A stretch of 64,000 bases of DNA from an uncultured Fibrobacteria bacterium (GTDB taxonomy: Bacteria; Fibrobacterota; Fibrobacteria; UBA11236). The stretch spans positions 640,001 to 704,000 of the forward strand of contig OY970309.1 in NCBI GenBank assembly GCA_963716395.1, given 5' to 3'. The position numbers were made by a program, and so were the translations under genes. Below, one piece after another: positions 39,540 to 49,021 of the stretch. Within the stretch, counting starts at the first letter, position 1. Every line of letters starts with the position of its first letter. Below the pieces are notes generated by a model that was given only the letters and a program-made list of their open reading frames with translations, searched no databases and was not told the origin of the DNA.

Positions 39540-40793
39540 GTGCGGGTTTTCGTTTTCGCCCTGCTTTTTGGTCTCTCCGCCACCTTCGCCGCCGACGTGG
39601 TCATCACCTCGGAGCAGAAAGGCGCCGATGTGATTCCCCTGGGCTTCGTGGATTTCCCCTGCACCAAAGGCGCGCCGCCCGCTTATCAGCAATCGCCCGA
39701 TTCGGTGTTGGCCAACGACCTGCGCTTCAGCGGCAGATTTCGACTGGATCGATCGGTGCTGCTCGACACGCTTTCCAAAGCGCAGTTCAAGCAGGACAGC
39801 GCCCTGGCCTATTTGCAGGGCAAGTACGCCTTCGACGACGGCAAATTCATGCTGCAATGCGAACTCGACGACATCAATTCGGGCCAACCCATTCTGAACA
39901 AAGTCTATTCGGGTCCCGCGAACCAATTGCGCAGCGCCGCCCACCAGTTCGCCGACGAACTGGTCTACCAGCTCTTCGGCGAAAAAGGCATTGCGCAGAC
40001 CCGCATCGCCTATGTCAAAAAGCGGGGCGCCGGCAAGGAGATTTACGTCATGGATTACGACGGCGTAAACTCGCACCAGGTCACGCACAACGGTTCGATC
40101 AACCTCGGACCCATCTTTCTCGGCGCCCAGGATAAAATCCTGTTCACCAGTTTCGCCGCCGGCGTGCCCAAATTCTTTCTGGCCGATCTCACCGCGGGTG
40201 GGAATCCCAAACTGGTATACCCTTCCAAAGGCATGAACAGCGCCTCGAGTTACGATCCGCTGGACAAGGAAATCGCCTATGCGTCGAGCGTGGACGGCAA
40301 CAGCGAAATTTTCCGCCGGCCCGTCGACGGCGGCAAGGCCACGCGCCTGACTTTTTCGGAGAGCATCGAAACCTCGCCCAGTTGGTCCCCCAACGGCTAT
40401 GAAATCGTCTTCATGTCCGACCGCAGCGGCCAACCCATGCTGTACGTGATGGATCGCGACGGATCCAATACCCGCCGCATCACCTACGACTACAATTATT
40501 GCGGCGGACCGGCTTGGTCGCCCAAGGGGGATCGCATCGCCTTCGCCGCCATGGACGAAGGCAACAATTTCAACATCTACACCATTTCGCCCGACGGCTC
40601 CAATCCGGTGAAGCTCACCACCGGCGCGGGCAGCAATGAACATCCGTCTTGGAGTCCCGACGGCCGGCACCTGGTGTTCATGTCGACGCGCACGGGCTCC
40701 CCGGAAATTTTTGTCATGGATGCCGACGGCAAAAACGTGACCCGGATCAGTTATTCCGGGGGAAACTCGATGCCCTCGTGGTCGGGTTACTGA
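39540..40793 (+). CDS. tolB: Tol-Pal beta-propeller TolB
   Basis: AHQFADE...GIAQTRIAY and PD40 repeats PSWSPDG; GTG start inferred. Confidence 0.9.
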   Translation: MRVFVFALLFGLSATFAADVVITSEQKGADVIPLGFVDFPCTKGAPPAYQQSPDSVLANDLRFSGRFRLDRSVLLDTLSKAQFKQDSALAYLQGKYAFDDGKFMLQCELDDINSGQPILNKVYSGPANQLRSAAHQFADELVYQLFGEKGIAQTRIAYVKKRGAGKEIYVMDYDGVNSHQVTHNGSINLGPIFLGAQDKILFTSFAAGVPKFFLADLTAGGNPKLVYPSKGMNSASSYDPLDKEIAYASSVDGNSEIFRRPVDGGKATRLTFSESIETSPSWSPNGYEIVFMSDRSGQPMLYVMDRDGSNTRRITYDYNYCGGPAWSPKGDRIAFAAMDEGNNFNIYTISPDGSNPVKLTTGAGSNEHPSWSPDGRHLVFMSTRTGSPEIFVMDADGKNVTRISYSGGNSMPSWSGY

Positions 40794-40886
40794 CTGATAC
40801 CAAGTTGAAATTTTGAAATCGCTCCAGGATTTGTTTAGTTTGGTGGTTAAACCATCCCATTTCCGGAAAAGCGTAAGGAGCAACCC

Positions 40887-41411
40887 ATGAAAGCCAAACA
40901 ATGGACCCTGCTAGGCCTACTCGGTGTCGCCTTCATCCTCGGCTGCGCCAAAAAGCCGCCTCCCGCTCCTCCGCCGGAACCGGCAGCGCCTCAGGTTCAG
41001 GCGCCGGCCCCGACGCCGCCGCCGCCGCCGGTCGACACCGAAGCGGAACACCGTCAACACATTCAGGCGCGCATCGCCGAAACCTTCAAGCCGATTTATT
41101 TCGCTTACGATAAGAGCGAACTTACCGATGACAGCAAGGCCACGTGCCAGGCCATCGGCGACTTGATGAAGGAAGTGCCGGAAATCACGGTGCGCATCGA
41201 AGGCAACACCGACGAACGCGGCACCGAAGAATACAACTTGGCCTTGGGTGAACGCCGCGCCAAATCGGTGCAGGATTATCTCACCAGTTACGGCGTCGCG
41301 GCTTCCCGCATGTCCATCATCAGCTACGGCAAGGAAAAGCCGGCGGTGGAAGGTCATGACGAGGCCGCCTGGGCCAAAAACCGGCGAGACGAATTCACCA
41401 CGACGTTTTAG
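40887..41411 (+). CDS. pal: Peptidoglycan-associated lipoprotein
   Basis: Lipobox ILGC; IYFAYDKS, IEGNTDERGTEEYNLALGERRA, SYGKEKP. Confidence 0.95.
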   Translation: MKAKQWTLLGLLGVAFILGCAKKPPPAPPPEPAAPQVQAPAPTPPPPPVDTEAEHRQHIQARIAETFKPIYFAYDKSELTDDSKATCQAIGDLMKEVPEITVRIEGNTDERGTEEYNLALGERRAKSVQDYLTSYGVAASRMSIISYGKEKPAVEGHDEAAWAKNRRDEFTTTF

Positions 41412-41416
41412 GTCAA

Positions 41417-42217
41417 ATGCGCAAAACGGCGCTTTTGTGGCCGGCAGTCCTTTGCGGAGGACTGCTGGTCGGCTGTTCCGAAATCACTCTGCTGCGAACC
41501 CAGGAGTTGCGCGACGTGCGTGACTCCTTAGCCGTTCAAATCCACACTACTCAGAAACAGGTCGCCGACGTACAGAAGTCGGTGGATGACCTCAATTTGA
41601 AACAAGGCGGCAGCACGAGTAAAATGCGCGCCGACCTCACCAGCATGCTGAGCGATTTGCAGACCCAAATTCAGCAGTTGCATTCCGACATCGACGCCAC
41701 CCAATACCGCCTGAACCAGCTCAGCCAAAAACTCGACCGGTTGGATCAGCGCAAAATCGTGGTGTCCCCTGAAGGTTCGGGCGCGGCGGCCGATACGGCG
41801 CAGGCCGCGAATGGGGCCGCCCCAGCGGTGAAGCTGGTAAACGGGTTGGATTTGAACAATCTCTACAGCCAGGCCCGCGACGACTACGTGCGCGGCAAAT
41901 ACAGCCTGGCCTACGATGGATTCAAAACCGTTTACGAAAAAGACGATTCCACCGGCTCGTATCGCGAACTGGCCGAATTCTGGATGGCCGAATGCCTGTT
42001 TCAGGGCCAAAAAGTCGACCGCGCTTTGGAAATGTATCAGCGGGTGATCCAGGAATTTCCCCAGGGTACGAAGACCTGCGCGGCCCGTTTTAAAATCGGG
42101 CTGATTTTCGACAAGCAAAAAGACGTGGAGAAGCGCAACGGCGCATGGCAGGAACTCATTTCGGAATGCCCCCAAAGCAATGAAGCCGAAAGAGCCCGCG
42201 CCATCATGAATCCCTGA
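41417..42217 (+). CDS. cpoB: CpoB/YbgF-like TPR lipoprotein
   Basis: Lipobox LVGC, coiled coil, TPRs; follows pal. Confidence 0.8.
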   Translation: MRKTALLWPAVLCGGLLVGCSEITLLRTQELRDVRDSLAVQIHTTQKQVADVQKSVDDLNLKQGGSTSKMRADLTSMLSDLQTQIQQLHSDIDATQYRLNQLSQKLDRLDQRKIVVSPEGSGAAADTAQAANGAAPAVKLVNGLDLNNLYSQARDDYVRGKYSLAYDGFKTVYEKDDSTGSYRELAEFWMAECLFQGQKVDRALEMYQRVIQEFPQGTKTCAARFKIGLIFDKQKDVEKRNGAWQELISECPQSNEAERARAIMNP

Positions 42218-42292
42218 TCCGCCGTGCACCCGGGCACGCACAGCCGCGGGAATAATTATCATCTTCCAGGACTTTCCCTTCCCGGCTCCGCG

Positions 42293-43486
42293 ATGAACGC
42301 TTCCGATTCCGCCTCCCACGATCCCCTTGAACCGCAGCGCATCGTGGGTCGGGTCTTTGTGGCCACCCGGCTGGCGTTTTTCCTCGGCGCCCTGATTGGC
42401 CTGTTTCTGCATCGCAACCTATGGGCGACCCTGCTGCTTTCGGGATCGTTTTTCATGGGCGCCTGGGCGTCGTTCAAAATCCGGCATGACGACATCGAAC
42501 ACCCCTTCACCTTGTTCTGGTTCGAACTGGGCGACAAGCTCATCGTCAACGTCATCTTTCTGGTCCTGTTCCTGCGCCTGTTGTGGGCGCCGCTCGAACC
42601 TTTTCCCACCGTTCTGTGCATCGGCCTGGTCACTTTGACCCTGCGCAACATCTTTTACCTCATCTTCTCCATCAGCCTGCTCAAAGAAGGCCGCACCCTA
42701 CCCCTGCGCACGTTCTGGGGAAAGGCCACCAACCTCTCGCTCATCGTCACCATGGTGCTGTACATCTGGAATCCCGCGCACTTTTCGCGCATCGCCATGG
42801 TGGTGAGCCTGCTCTTCATCTTTTCCACCAGCATCGGCTACCTGTATTTCTATTACCGCGACGAGGCTTCGCGCAAACCCGTGTCGCTGGCCACCCAAAT
42901 CACCTTGAGCCGCATTCTGCTCTCGCCGGTTTTCATCTGGGTGTTTTTTTACGACAACAATCTCGTGTACCAGGACAACCACATCATCTTCAAGATTCTG
43001 GCGGCGCTGCTCGCCATTTTCTTTCTGGCCAGCGACGGACTCGACGGCTATTTGGCGCGTAAGCGGGGCGAAGTCAGTCAATTGGGCAAATACCTCGACC
43101 CTTATTCCGACAAGATCACCAACATGACCATTTTTCTGTGTTTTCTGGCGTCGGGTTACGCCGCGGTGTGGATGGTCGCCATCATCTTCTTCCGCGAGTC
43201 CACGGTGGAAACCCTGCGCACCTTGGGCGCGGCCGCGGGGGTGACCATCGACGCGCGCCGCAGCGGAAAGGTGAAAACCGTGATTCAAGGCATCGCCGTG
43301 ATCGCCATCTTAGTACTGGAAATCGTCGACACCTTGCTGATGCGCTACCATCCCGATCTCAAGGTTTGGCCCACGATTTGGGCCTACACGCCGTATACCT
43401 TGATGTCCATCGTCACCGTGGCGACCCTGCTCTCGGGCATCGACTATTTCATCGCCAACCGCAAGGTGCTGGAGCGTTATTTCTGA
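42293..43486 (+). CDS. pgsA: CDP-alcohol phosphatidyltransferase (PgsA-like) with tandem domains
   Basis: C-terminal DGLDGYLAR...GKYLDPYSDK; the N-terminal half is a degenerate copy (GDKL...FWGKAT). Confidence 0.75.
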   Translation: MNASDSASHDPLEPQRIVGRVFVATRLAFFLGALIGLFLHRNLWATLLLSGSFFMGAWASFKIRHDDIEHPFTLFWFELGDKLIVNVIFLVLFLRLLWAPLEPFPTVLCIGLVTLTLRNIFYLIFSISLLKEGRTLPLRTFWGKATNLSLIVTMVLYIWNPAHFSRIAMVVSLLFIFSTSIGYLYFYYRDEASRKPVSLATQITLSRILLSPVFIWVFFYDNNLVYQDNHIIFKILAALLAIFFLASDGLDGYLARKRGEVSQLGKYLDPYSDKITNMTIFLCFLASGYAAVWMVAIIFFRESTVETLRTLGAAAGVTIDARRSGKVKTVIQGIAVIAILVLEIVDTLLMRYHPDLKVWPTIWAYTPYTLMSIVTVATLLSGIDYFIANRKVLERYF

Positions 43487-43618
43487 AGGGCATTGGCCAT
43501 GCCGGGCCCATTGTTTTAATATCATATTCCTGATTCCCATCCGGCCGCCGCGGCCATAACGGGTGTGGTCGCACAAGGCACGCCGCGCGCAGAGGGAAGA
43601 CGGGAACTTCGAGGGCTC

Positions 43619-45001
43619 ATGCATCCGGAAAAAGCAGCGCGTTTGCTCCAGGCCGGCCGCGATCACGGCGCCGACTTCGTGGAACTGTTCGAAGAAGAGA
43701 CCCGTCACGCGGCCGTATCTTACAAGGACCGCAAGGTTGAATCCGCGGCGGCCGGCACCGATTACGGCATCGGCATTCGGCTTTTGTTCGGATCGCAGGT
43801 CTTATACGCCCATACCAGCAAAGAGGATGAGGCGCATTGGCTGAGTCTCGTCGCGGCCCTGGCCGCAAGCCGCGGCGCCGTCGCAGGGCTTGCGCCGCAA
43901 ACGCCGGCTTGGCAAAAGCCGGCGGCCGATCGCCGCCACCGCGCGACCCGCGACCCGCGGGACGTCGGCCAGGCCCAAAAACTCGGATTGTTGCGCCGTG
44001 CCGATCAGGCGGCGCGCGCTCTGTCGGACAAAATCGTCCAGGTGCACACGCGCGCGGCCGACACGGTTTCCGAAGTTTTGATCTGCAACAGCGACGGCTT
44101 GTGGGTCACCGACACCCGCACGCGCTGCCGGTTTCACGTCAGCGTCACCGCCGAGGGCGGCGGCGAAATTTTCGTGGCCGGCGAATCGCCCGGCGGCCAG
44201 CAGGGATTCGAATTCTTCGAAGCGCTGGACGTCGAACGCTACGCCCGCGATGCCGCCGAACGCGCCGCGCGCATGCTGGGCGCGGGTTATGTCGCCGGCG
44301 GCAAGATGCCGGTGGTCATGGGCAGCGGCTTCGGCGGCGTGATCTTCCACGAAGCCTGCGGGCATTTGCTTGAAACCGAAGCGGTGCGCCGCAAGGCCTC
44401 GGTGTTCACGGGCCAAATCGGCCAACCCATCGCGCACCCCGAAGTCACGGCCGTCGACGACGGCACCCTGGCCCGGGCCTGGGGATCGGTGGCGGTCGAC
44501 GACGAAGGGCGGCCTGCCGAAAAAACCGTGCTGATCCAAAACGGCGTGCTGCAGACCTACCTGAGCGATCGCGTGGGCGCGGCCGAAACCGGCGTGCCGC
44601 TCACGGGCAGCGCGCGCCGCGAGAGCTATCAGTACGCGCCCGTGTCGCGCATGCGCAACACCTATATCGCGGCCGGCCCGCACAAACCCGCCGCGGTCAT
44701 CGCCAGCGTCGACGAGGGGCTGTACGCCAAGAAAATGGGCGGCGGCTCGGTGAACCCGGCCACGGGCGAATTCAACTTCGCGGTCGAAGAAGCCTACCGC
44801 ATCCGCCACGGCCAAATCGCCGAAGCCGTGCGCGGCGCCACCTTGATCGGCAAGGGTCCCGAAATCCTGCCGCTCATCTCCATGGTGGCCGACGACCTGG
44901 AACTGGCCGCGGGCATGTGCGGCGCCTCCAGCGGTAACATTCCGGTCACGGTGGGCCAGCCCACCCTGCGCGTCGACCGCATTCTGGTGGGCGGCCGGTG
45001 A
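43619..45001 (+). CDS. tldD: TldD metalloprotease
   Basis: GVIFHEACGHLLE, DDEG, PVSRMRNT, GMCG, VGQPTL. Confidence 0.92.
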   Translation: MHPEKAARLLQAGRDHGADFVELFEEETRHAAVSYKDRKVESAAAGTDYGIGIRLLFGSQVLYAHTSKEDEAHWLSLVAALAASRGAVAGLAPQTPAWQKPAADRRHRATRDPRDVGQAQKLGLLRRADQAARALSDKIVQVHTRAADTVSEVLICNSDGLWVTDTRTRCRFHVSVTAEGGGEIFVAGESPGGQQGFEFFEALDVERYARDAAERAARMLGAGYVAGGKMPVVMGSGFGGVIFHEACGHLLETEAVRRKASVFTGQIGQPIAHPEVTAVDDGTLARAWGSVAVDDEGRPAEKTVLIQNGVLQTYLSDRVGAAETGVPLTGSARRESYQYAPVSRMRNTYIAAGPHKPAAVIASVDEGLYAKKMGGGSVNPATGEFNFAVEEAYRIRHGQIAEAVRGATLIGKGPEILPLISMVADDLELAAGMCGASSGNIPVTVGQPTLRVDRILVGGR

Positions 45002-46347
45002 ACGCCGACCAAGCCCTGACTCCGGCCGAAGCGCTGGAATTCGCCTGTTCCGAAGCCGCCCGCCGGGGCGTGGATCAATACGATGCCGTAGCCGGCGAAT
45101 CCGAAAGCCTGGGCGTCGAGATCTTCGAGGGCAAGGTGAAGACCACCGAAATCTCAGGATCGCGCGGTATCGGCGTGCGCCTGTTCCGCGGCGGCCGGCC
45201 CGGATTCGCCTTCACCGAACGCCTCACGCCCGCAGCCCTGACGCGCACCGTCGACGACGCCCTGGGCCATACCGAACTCACCGACCCGATCGAATTGGAG
45301 TTGCCCGAACCGGCCGCGCTGCCCGATCTCGATCTGGAGCTCTATCGTCCCGATCTGGAAAAAGTGTCGCTCGACGACATGAAGGCCCTGGGCCTGCGCC
45401 TCGAAGTCCTGGCGCGGCAGCAGGACGCGCGCGTGGAGAACGTGCCCTATCTCGGCGTGTCGCGCAGCAGCGGTTCGTCGCTGGTGGGCAATTCCAAGGG
45501 CGTGTTCTACCAAAGCCGCTCCAACGCCGCGTCGGCGGGCCTGGGCGCCGTGGCCCGCCAGGGCGAGGAACGCAAGATGGGCGTGTACAGCCGGGGCGGG
45601 CGCGATTTCACCTTCGACCCCGAGACCATGGCGCAGGTGGCGGTGGAACGGGCCGTGGAATTGCTGGGCGCATCGCCCCTGCCGTCGGGCGATTATCCCG
45701 TGGTGTTCTCGAACCGGGTCAGCCCGCAACTCTTCGCCATGTTCGCTTCGCCGTTCTACGCCGAAGCCGTGCAAAAAGGCCAGTCGCGCCTCCAGGGCAA
45801 GCTGGGCCAAACCATCGCCTCTCCGGCTTTCGATCTGGTCAGCGATCCCCTGGTGCCGGGCGCGCCGGGTTCGCATTTGTTCGACGGCGAAGGCGTGGCC
45901 GCGCAGCGGCTCGACGTGGTGCGCGGCGGCGTGCTGCAGACCTATCTGTACAACCTCGAAGCGGCCAAGAAAGATGGGCGTGCGCCCACGGGCACGGGCA
46001 CGCGCGGCTATTCGGGCAAAGCCGGAACCGGATTCTCCAATTACCGCGTGCGGCCGGGGACCCGGCCGCTGGAGGCGCTCCTGGCCGAGGCGCCGGGCTG
46101 CTTTTACGTGGTCAAGCTCGAAGGCGGATCGGGCTGCTCGGCCGTGTCCGGCGAAATCTCCATCGGCGCCCAGGGGTTCCTGTACGAAAACGCGCGGCGC
46201 GTGCATCCCGTGGATCGCGTGACATTGAGCACGAATTTCTTCGACCTCCTGCTCCGCATCCGGGAATTTTCCGACCGTTATTCCGACGCTTTTTCCTCGG
46301 TCAAGGTGCCCGACGTGCTAGTGGAAAACCTGCACGTGGCCGGGTAA
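44998..46347 (+). CDS. pmbA: PmbA/TldE
   Basis: FDGEGV, SGEISIGAQG; lacks HExxxH; overlaps the tldD stop. Confidence 0.88.
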   Translation: MNADQALTPAEALEFACSEAARRGVDQYDAVAGESESLGVEIFEGKVKTTEISGSRGIGVRLFRGGRPGFAFTERLTPAALTRTVDDALGHTELTDPIELELPEPAALPDLDLELYRPDLEKVSLDDMKALGLRLEVLARQQDARVENVPYLGVSRSSGSSLVGNSKGVFYQSRSNAASAGLGAVARQGEERKMGVYSRGGRDFTFDPETMAQVAVERAVELLGASPLPSGDYPVVFSNRVSPQLFAMFASPFYAEAVQKGQSRLQGKLGQTIASPAFDLVSDPLVPGAPGSHLFDGEGVAAQRLDVVRGGVLQTYLYNLEAAKKDGRAPTGTGTRGYSGKAGTGFSNYRVRPGTRPLEALLAEAPGCFYVVKLEGGSGCSAVSGEISIGAQGFLYENARRVHPVDRVTLSTNFFDLLLRIREFSDRYSDAFSSVKVPDVLVENLHVAG

Positions 46348-46360
46348 CACGCGCAATACC

Positions 46361-47332
46361 ATGCCGGCTTCGGCGGAATCGCTTCCGGCGCTTGCGGTCG
46401 CCGATCTGCATGCCGGCTACCCCGGCCGCGCCGCCGCACCCGAGGCTCTGCGCGGCGTATCGCTCGCGATTCGGCCCGGCCGCATCTACGCGCTCCTGGG
46501 TCCGAACGGGGCGGGCAAAACCACCTTGCTGCGCTGCCTCACGGGCCTGTTGCACCCCGCCTCGGGGTCGATCCGCCTGCTCGGCACCGAAGTGCGGAGC
46601 GGCATGCCGCCGGCGCTGCTGGGACGTCTGGGGGTGCTGCTGGAGAGCCCCGGCGCCTATGATCGCCTGAATGCGCGCGAATACCTGCGGTTCTTCGCCG
46701 GCTTCTACGCCATCCCGCATCCCGAACAGCGTCTTGAGGCCCTGGCCGCGGCCCTGGAATTGGAATCGCTCTCGCTGCGGCTCGGCAAGCTTTCGCAGGG
46801 CAACCGGCGCAAGGTGCAGTTGATGCGTTCACTGTTGCACAGCCCGCCCCTGGCGCTGTGGGACGAACCCACCGAATACCTCGACCCGCGCGCGCAGCGG
46901 CTGGCCCTGGATCTCCTGCGGGCCCACGTTTCCCAGGGCGCGACGGCCTTGGTCACCTCGCATCGCCTGGAGCAAATGCAGGAATGGGCCGACACCTACG
47001 GATTTCTGCGCGGCGGCCGCCTGCTGCACACCGAAGATCGCACCCAGCTCGATGCCGCCGTCGATGCCGCCGAACTCGAAGTGGCCGACGCCTTCGATGC
47101 CGACGCCGCGTCCGCTGAAATCGCGGCGCATTTCCGCTCGGTGTGCGCGGTATCGCCTGCTGTAGCCGGCCTACGCTGGATCGCGACGCTGCGCGGTCCC
47201 GATGCCGCCGAAGCCTTGCCGCATCTGGTCGCTTTCGCGGTGCGCGGCGGCGGCCGGGTATTGCGCGCCGAACCCAAACGCCGTACGCTGGAATCGCTGT
47301 ACCGGCATACGGTAGAGGAGGGCGCACCGTGA
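46361..47332 (+). CDS. ABC transporter ATP-binding protein
   Basis: GPNGAGKTT, LSQGNRRK, WDEPT, SH switch. Confidence 0.9.
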   Translation: MPASAESLPALAVADLHAGYPGRAAAPEALRGVSLAIRPGRIYALLGPNGAGKTTLLRCLTGLLHPASGSIRLLGTEVRSGMPPALLGRLGVLLESPGAYDRLNAREYLRFFAGFYAIPHPEQRLEALAAALELESLSLRLGKLSQGNRRKVQLMRSLLHSPPLALWDEPTEYLDPRAQRLALDLLRAHVSQGATALVTSHRLEQMQEWADTYGFLRGGRLLHTEDRTQLDAAVDAAELEVADAFDADAASAEIAAHFRSVCAVSPAVAGLRWIATLRGPDAAEALPHLVAFAVRGGGRVLRAEPKRRTLESLYRHTVEEGAP

Positions 47333-48003
47333 ACAACGCCCTACGCATCGCACGCCATGAATGGTCCCTGGTACTGCGCGATCCCCGCTTTCTCATTCCC
47401 TTCGGAGTGGCGCCGCTTTTTCTCATCGCCCTGAACGTGGCTTCATGGTTCTGGCTCAACGTCGACCCCTTCCAGCGCTGGGTGCTGACGCGCTCGTTTC
47501 TGGCCGTGATTTCCCTGATCGGCGCTTCCATGGCCGTGCCGCTCGGCGCCGACACTTTTGCCGGTGAAAAAGAACGCCGCAGTTGGGAAACCCTGCAATG
47601 CCTGCCGTTGCCGCGTGCGCACCTGTTTGCAGGCAAGGTGCTGGGCGTCTTGCCCTTTCCCCTCGCCGTCGGCTGGGTGAGCCAGGGCATCGTGCTGATC
47701 CTGTCCTCCGCCTTGGGATCGCCGCCACCCGGGCCCTTGACGTGGTGCGCGCCGCTGCTGTTGACGCCTTTTTTGTCGGTGTTTTTCTGCGCCCTGTCGG
47801 TGTTGATCTCCCTGCGCAGCGAATCGGTGCGCAGCGCCGCGCAGGTTACGGGCGTCTTTCTGCTGCTGTTGTTTCCGGCCGTGGCCGTGGCGGCGCCGCC
47901 GCTGTTCGACCATCCCGGAGCGTTGGCCTTGGCCCTGGCGGCTTTGGCCGTCGGCGCCACCTTGTGCCTGGCCGCGGCGGCCAAACGCATGCAAAACCCC
48001 TGA
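47329..48003 (+). CDS. ABC-2 type permease
   Basis: ADTFAGEKERRSWETL..LP...LFAGK; multiple transmembrane segments. Confidence 0.85.
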   Translation: MNNALRIARHEWSLVLRDPRFLIPFGVAPLFLIALNVASWFWLNVDPFQRWVLTRSFLAVISLIGASMAVPLGADTFAGEKERRSWETLQCLPLPRAHLFAGKVLGVLPFPLAVGWVSQGIVLILSSALGSPPPGPLTWCAPLLLTPFLSVFFCALSVLISLRSESVRSAAQVTGVFLLLLFPAVAVAAPPLFDHPGALALALAALAVGATLCLAAAAKRMQNP

Positions 48004-48045
48004 TCCGGCCGGGTATTGGCCGCGCGCCTTGGTATCTTTCGCGTG

Positions 48046-48534
48046 ATGAAAATCCGTTGGTGTGAGATCCTGGTCGCGACGGCGTGCGTCTGGGCGTTCG
48101 GACAATCTTCGCCGACCCGGGAAACGGTGGCCCAGGCCCGCCAAAAAATGGACTCCCTGAAAATGGCGTATGCGCATTCCGCCTTTTCACCGGACGAGCA
48201 GAAAGACTGGCGCGACTGCCTGCGCGCCAAACGGGAGTTTCTGGCCAGGAGCCGCAAATCCAATCCCGACTTTGCGCGGGTGGATTCGCTCTTACGCGAC
48301 GCCGAGCTAGGATCGGCGGGGCCCGACGATCCGCAGGTGGAAAAGCTGATGGAGCGGAAATACGGTCTGGAGCAGCAACTCGAAGACGCGTGGCGCGCGC
48401 AGACCGACGGTAAGCGCTGCCTCGATGTGGAGGATCGCCGCGGCCGCAAGCTGCAGGCGGCGTTGGAGGCGAACGCCGATTACCGCCGCTGGCAACAGGT
48501 GACGGAGTCGCAGCGCGGATCGACGCCGGAGTGA
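48046..48534 (+). CDS. Secreted helical hypothetical protein
   Basis: Signal peptide; helical charged sequence with two Cys. Confidence 0.6.
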   Translation: MKIRWCEILVATACVWAFGQSSPTRETVAQARQKMDSLKMAYAHSAFSPDEQKDWRDCLRAKREFLARSRKSNPDFARVDSLLRDAELGSAGPDDPQVEKLMERKYGLEQQLEDAWRAQTDGKRCLDVEDRRGRKLQAALEANADYRRWQQVTESQRGSTPE

Positions 48535-48555
48535 AGCGTGTTGATGAAATGGACG

Positions 48556-48996
48556 GGGAAAGCGGGACGGATGGCCGCCGGGGGCGCAAGCCGCCGGAGG
48601 AAAGTCCGGGCACCGCAGGACAGGATGCTGGCTAACGGCCAGGCCCGGCAACGGGACGGAAAGTGCCACAGAAAACAAACCGCCCTTCGAGGCTCCGGGC
48701 TTGCCCGAAGCGCCCCGCCTCCGGCGGGACATCGAAGGGTAAGGGTGAAACGGCGAGGTAAGAGCTCACCGCACCCGCCGCGAGGCGGGTGGCAGGGCAA
48801 ACCCCATCCGGTGCAAGACCAAATAGGGCAGCTGCAAGGGCGGTCCGCCCGGTTCCCGGCGCTGCGCGCCGCGGAACAGGCTGCCGGGTAGGTCGCTTGA
48901 GGTCCGCCGCAAGACGGATCCCAGAGGGATGGCCATCCCTTCCGCCGCCGCAAGGGGGTGGAAGAGACAGAACCCGGCTTACAGGCCCGCTTTCCC
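48556..48996 (+). ncRNA. rnpB: RNase P RNA (type A)
   Basis: GAGGAAAGTCCGGGC, GGAAAGTGCCACAGAAAA, GGTAAGAGCTCACC, GACAGAACCCGGCTTA; P1 stem GGGAAAGCGGG/CCCGCTTTCCC. Confidence 0.97.
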
Positions 48997-49021
48997 TTCC
49001 GGCCTCGGACCAGTAACTCGC

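Noticed and set aside
48538-49021. ORFs across rnpB and the N-terminal extension of the Omp85-like ORF
   Set aside because: The region is RNase P RNA; the protein starts at ATG 49022.
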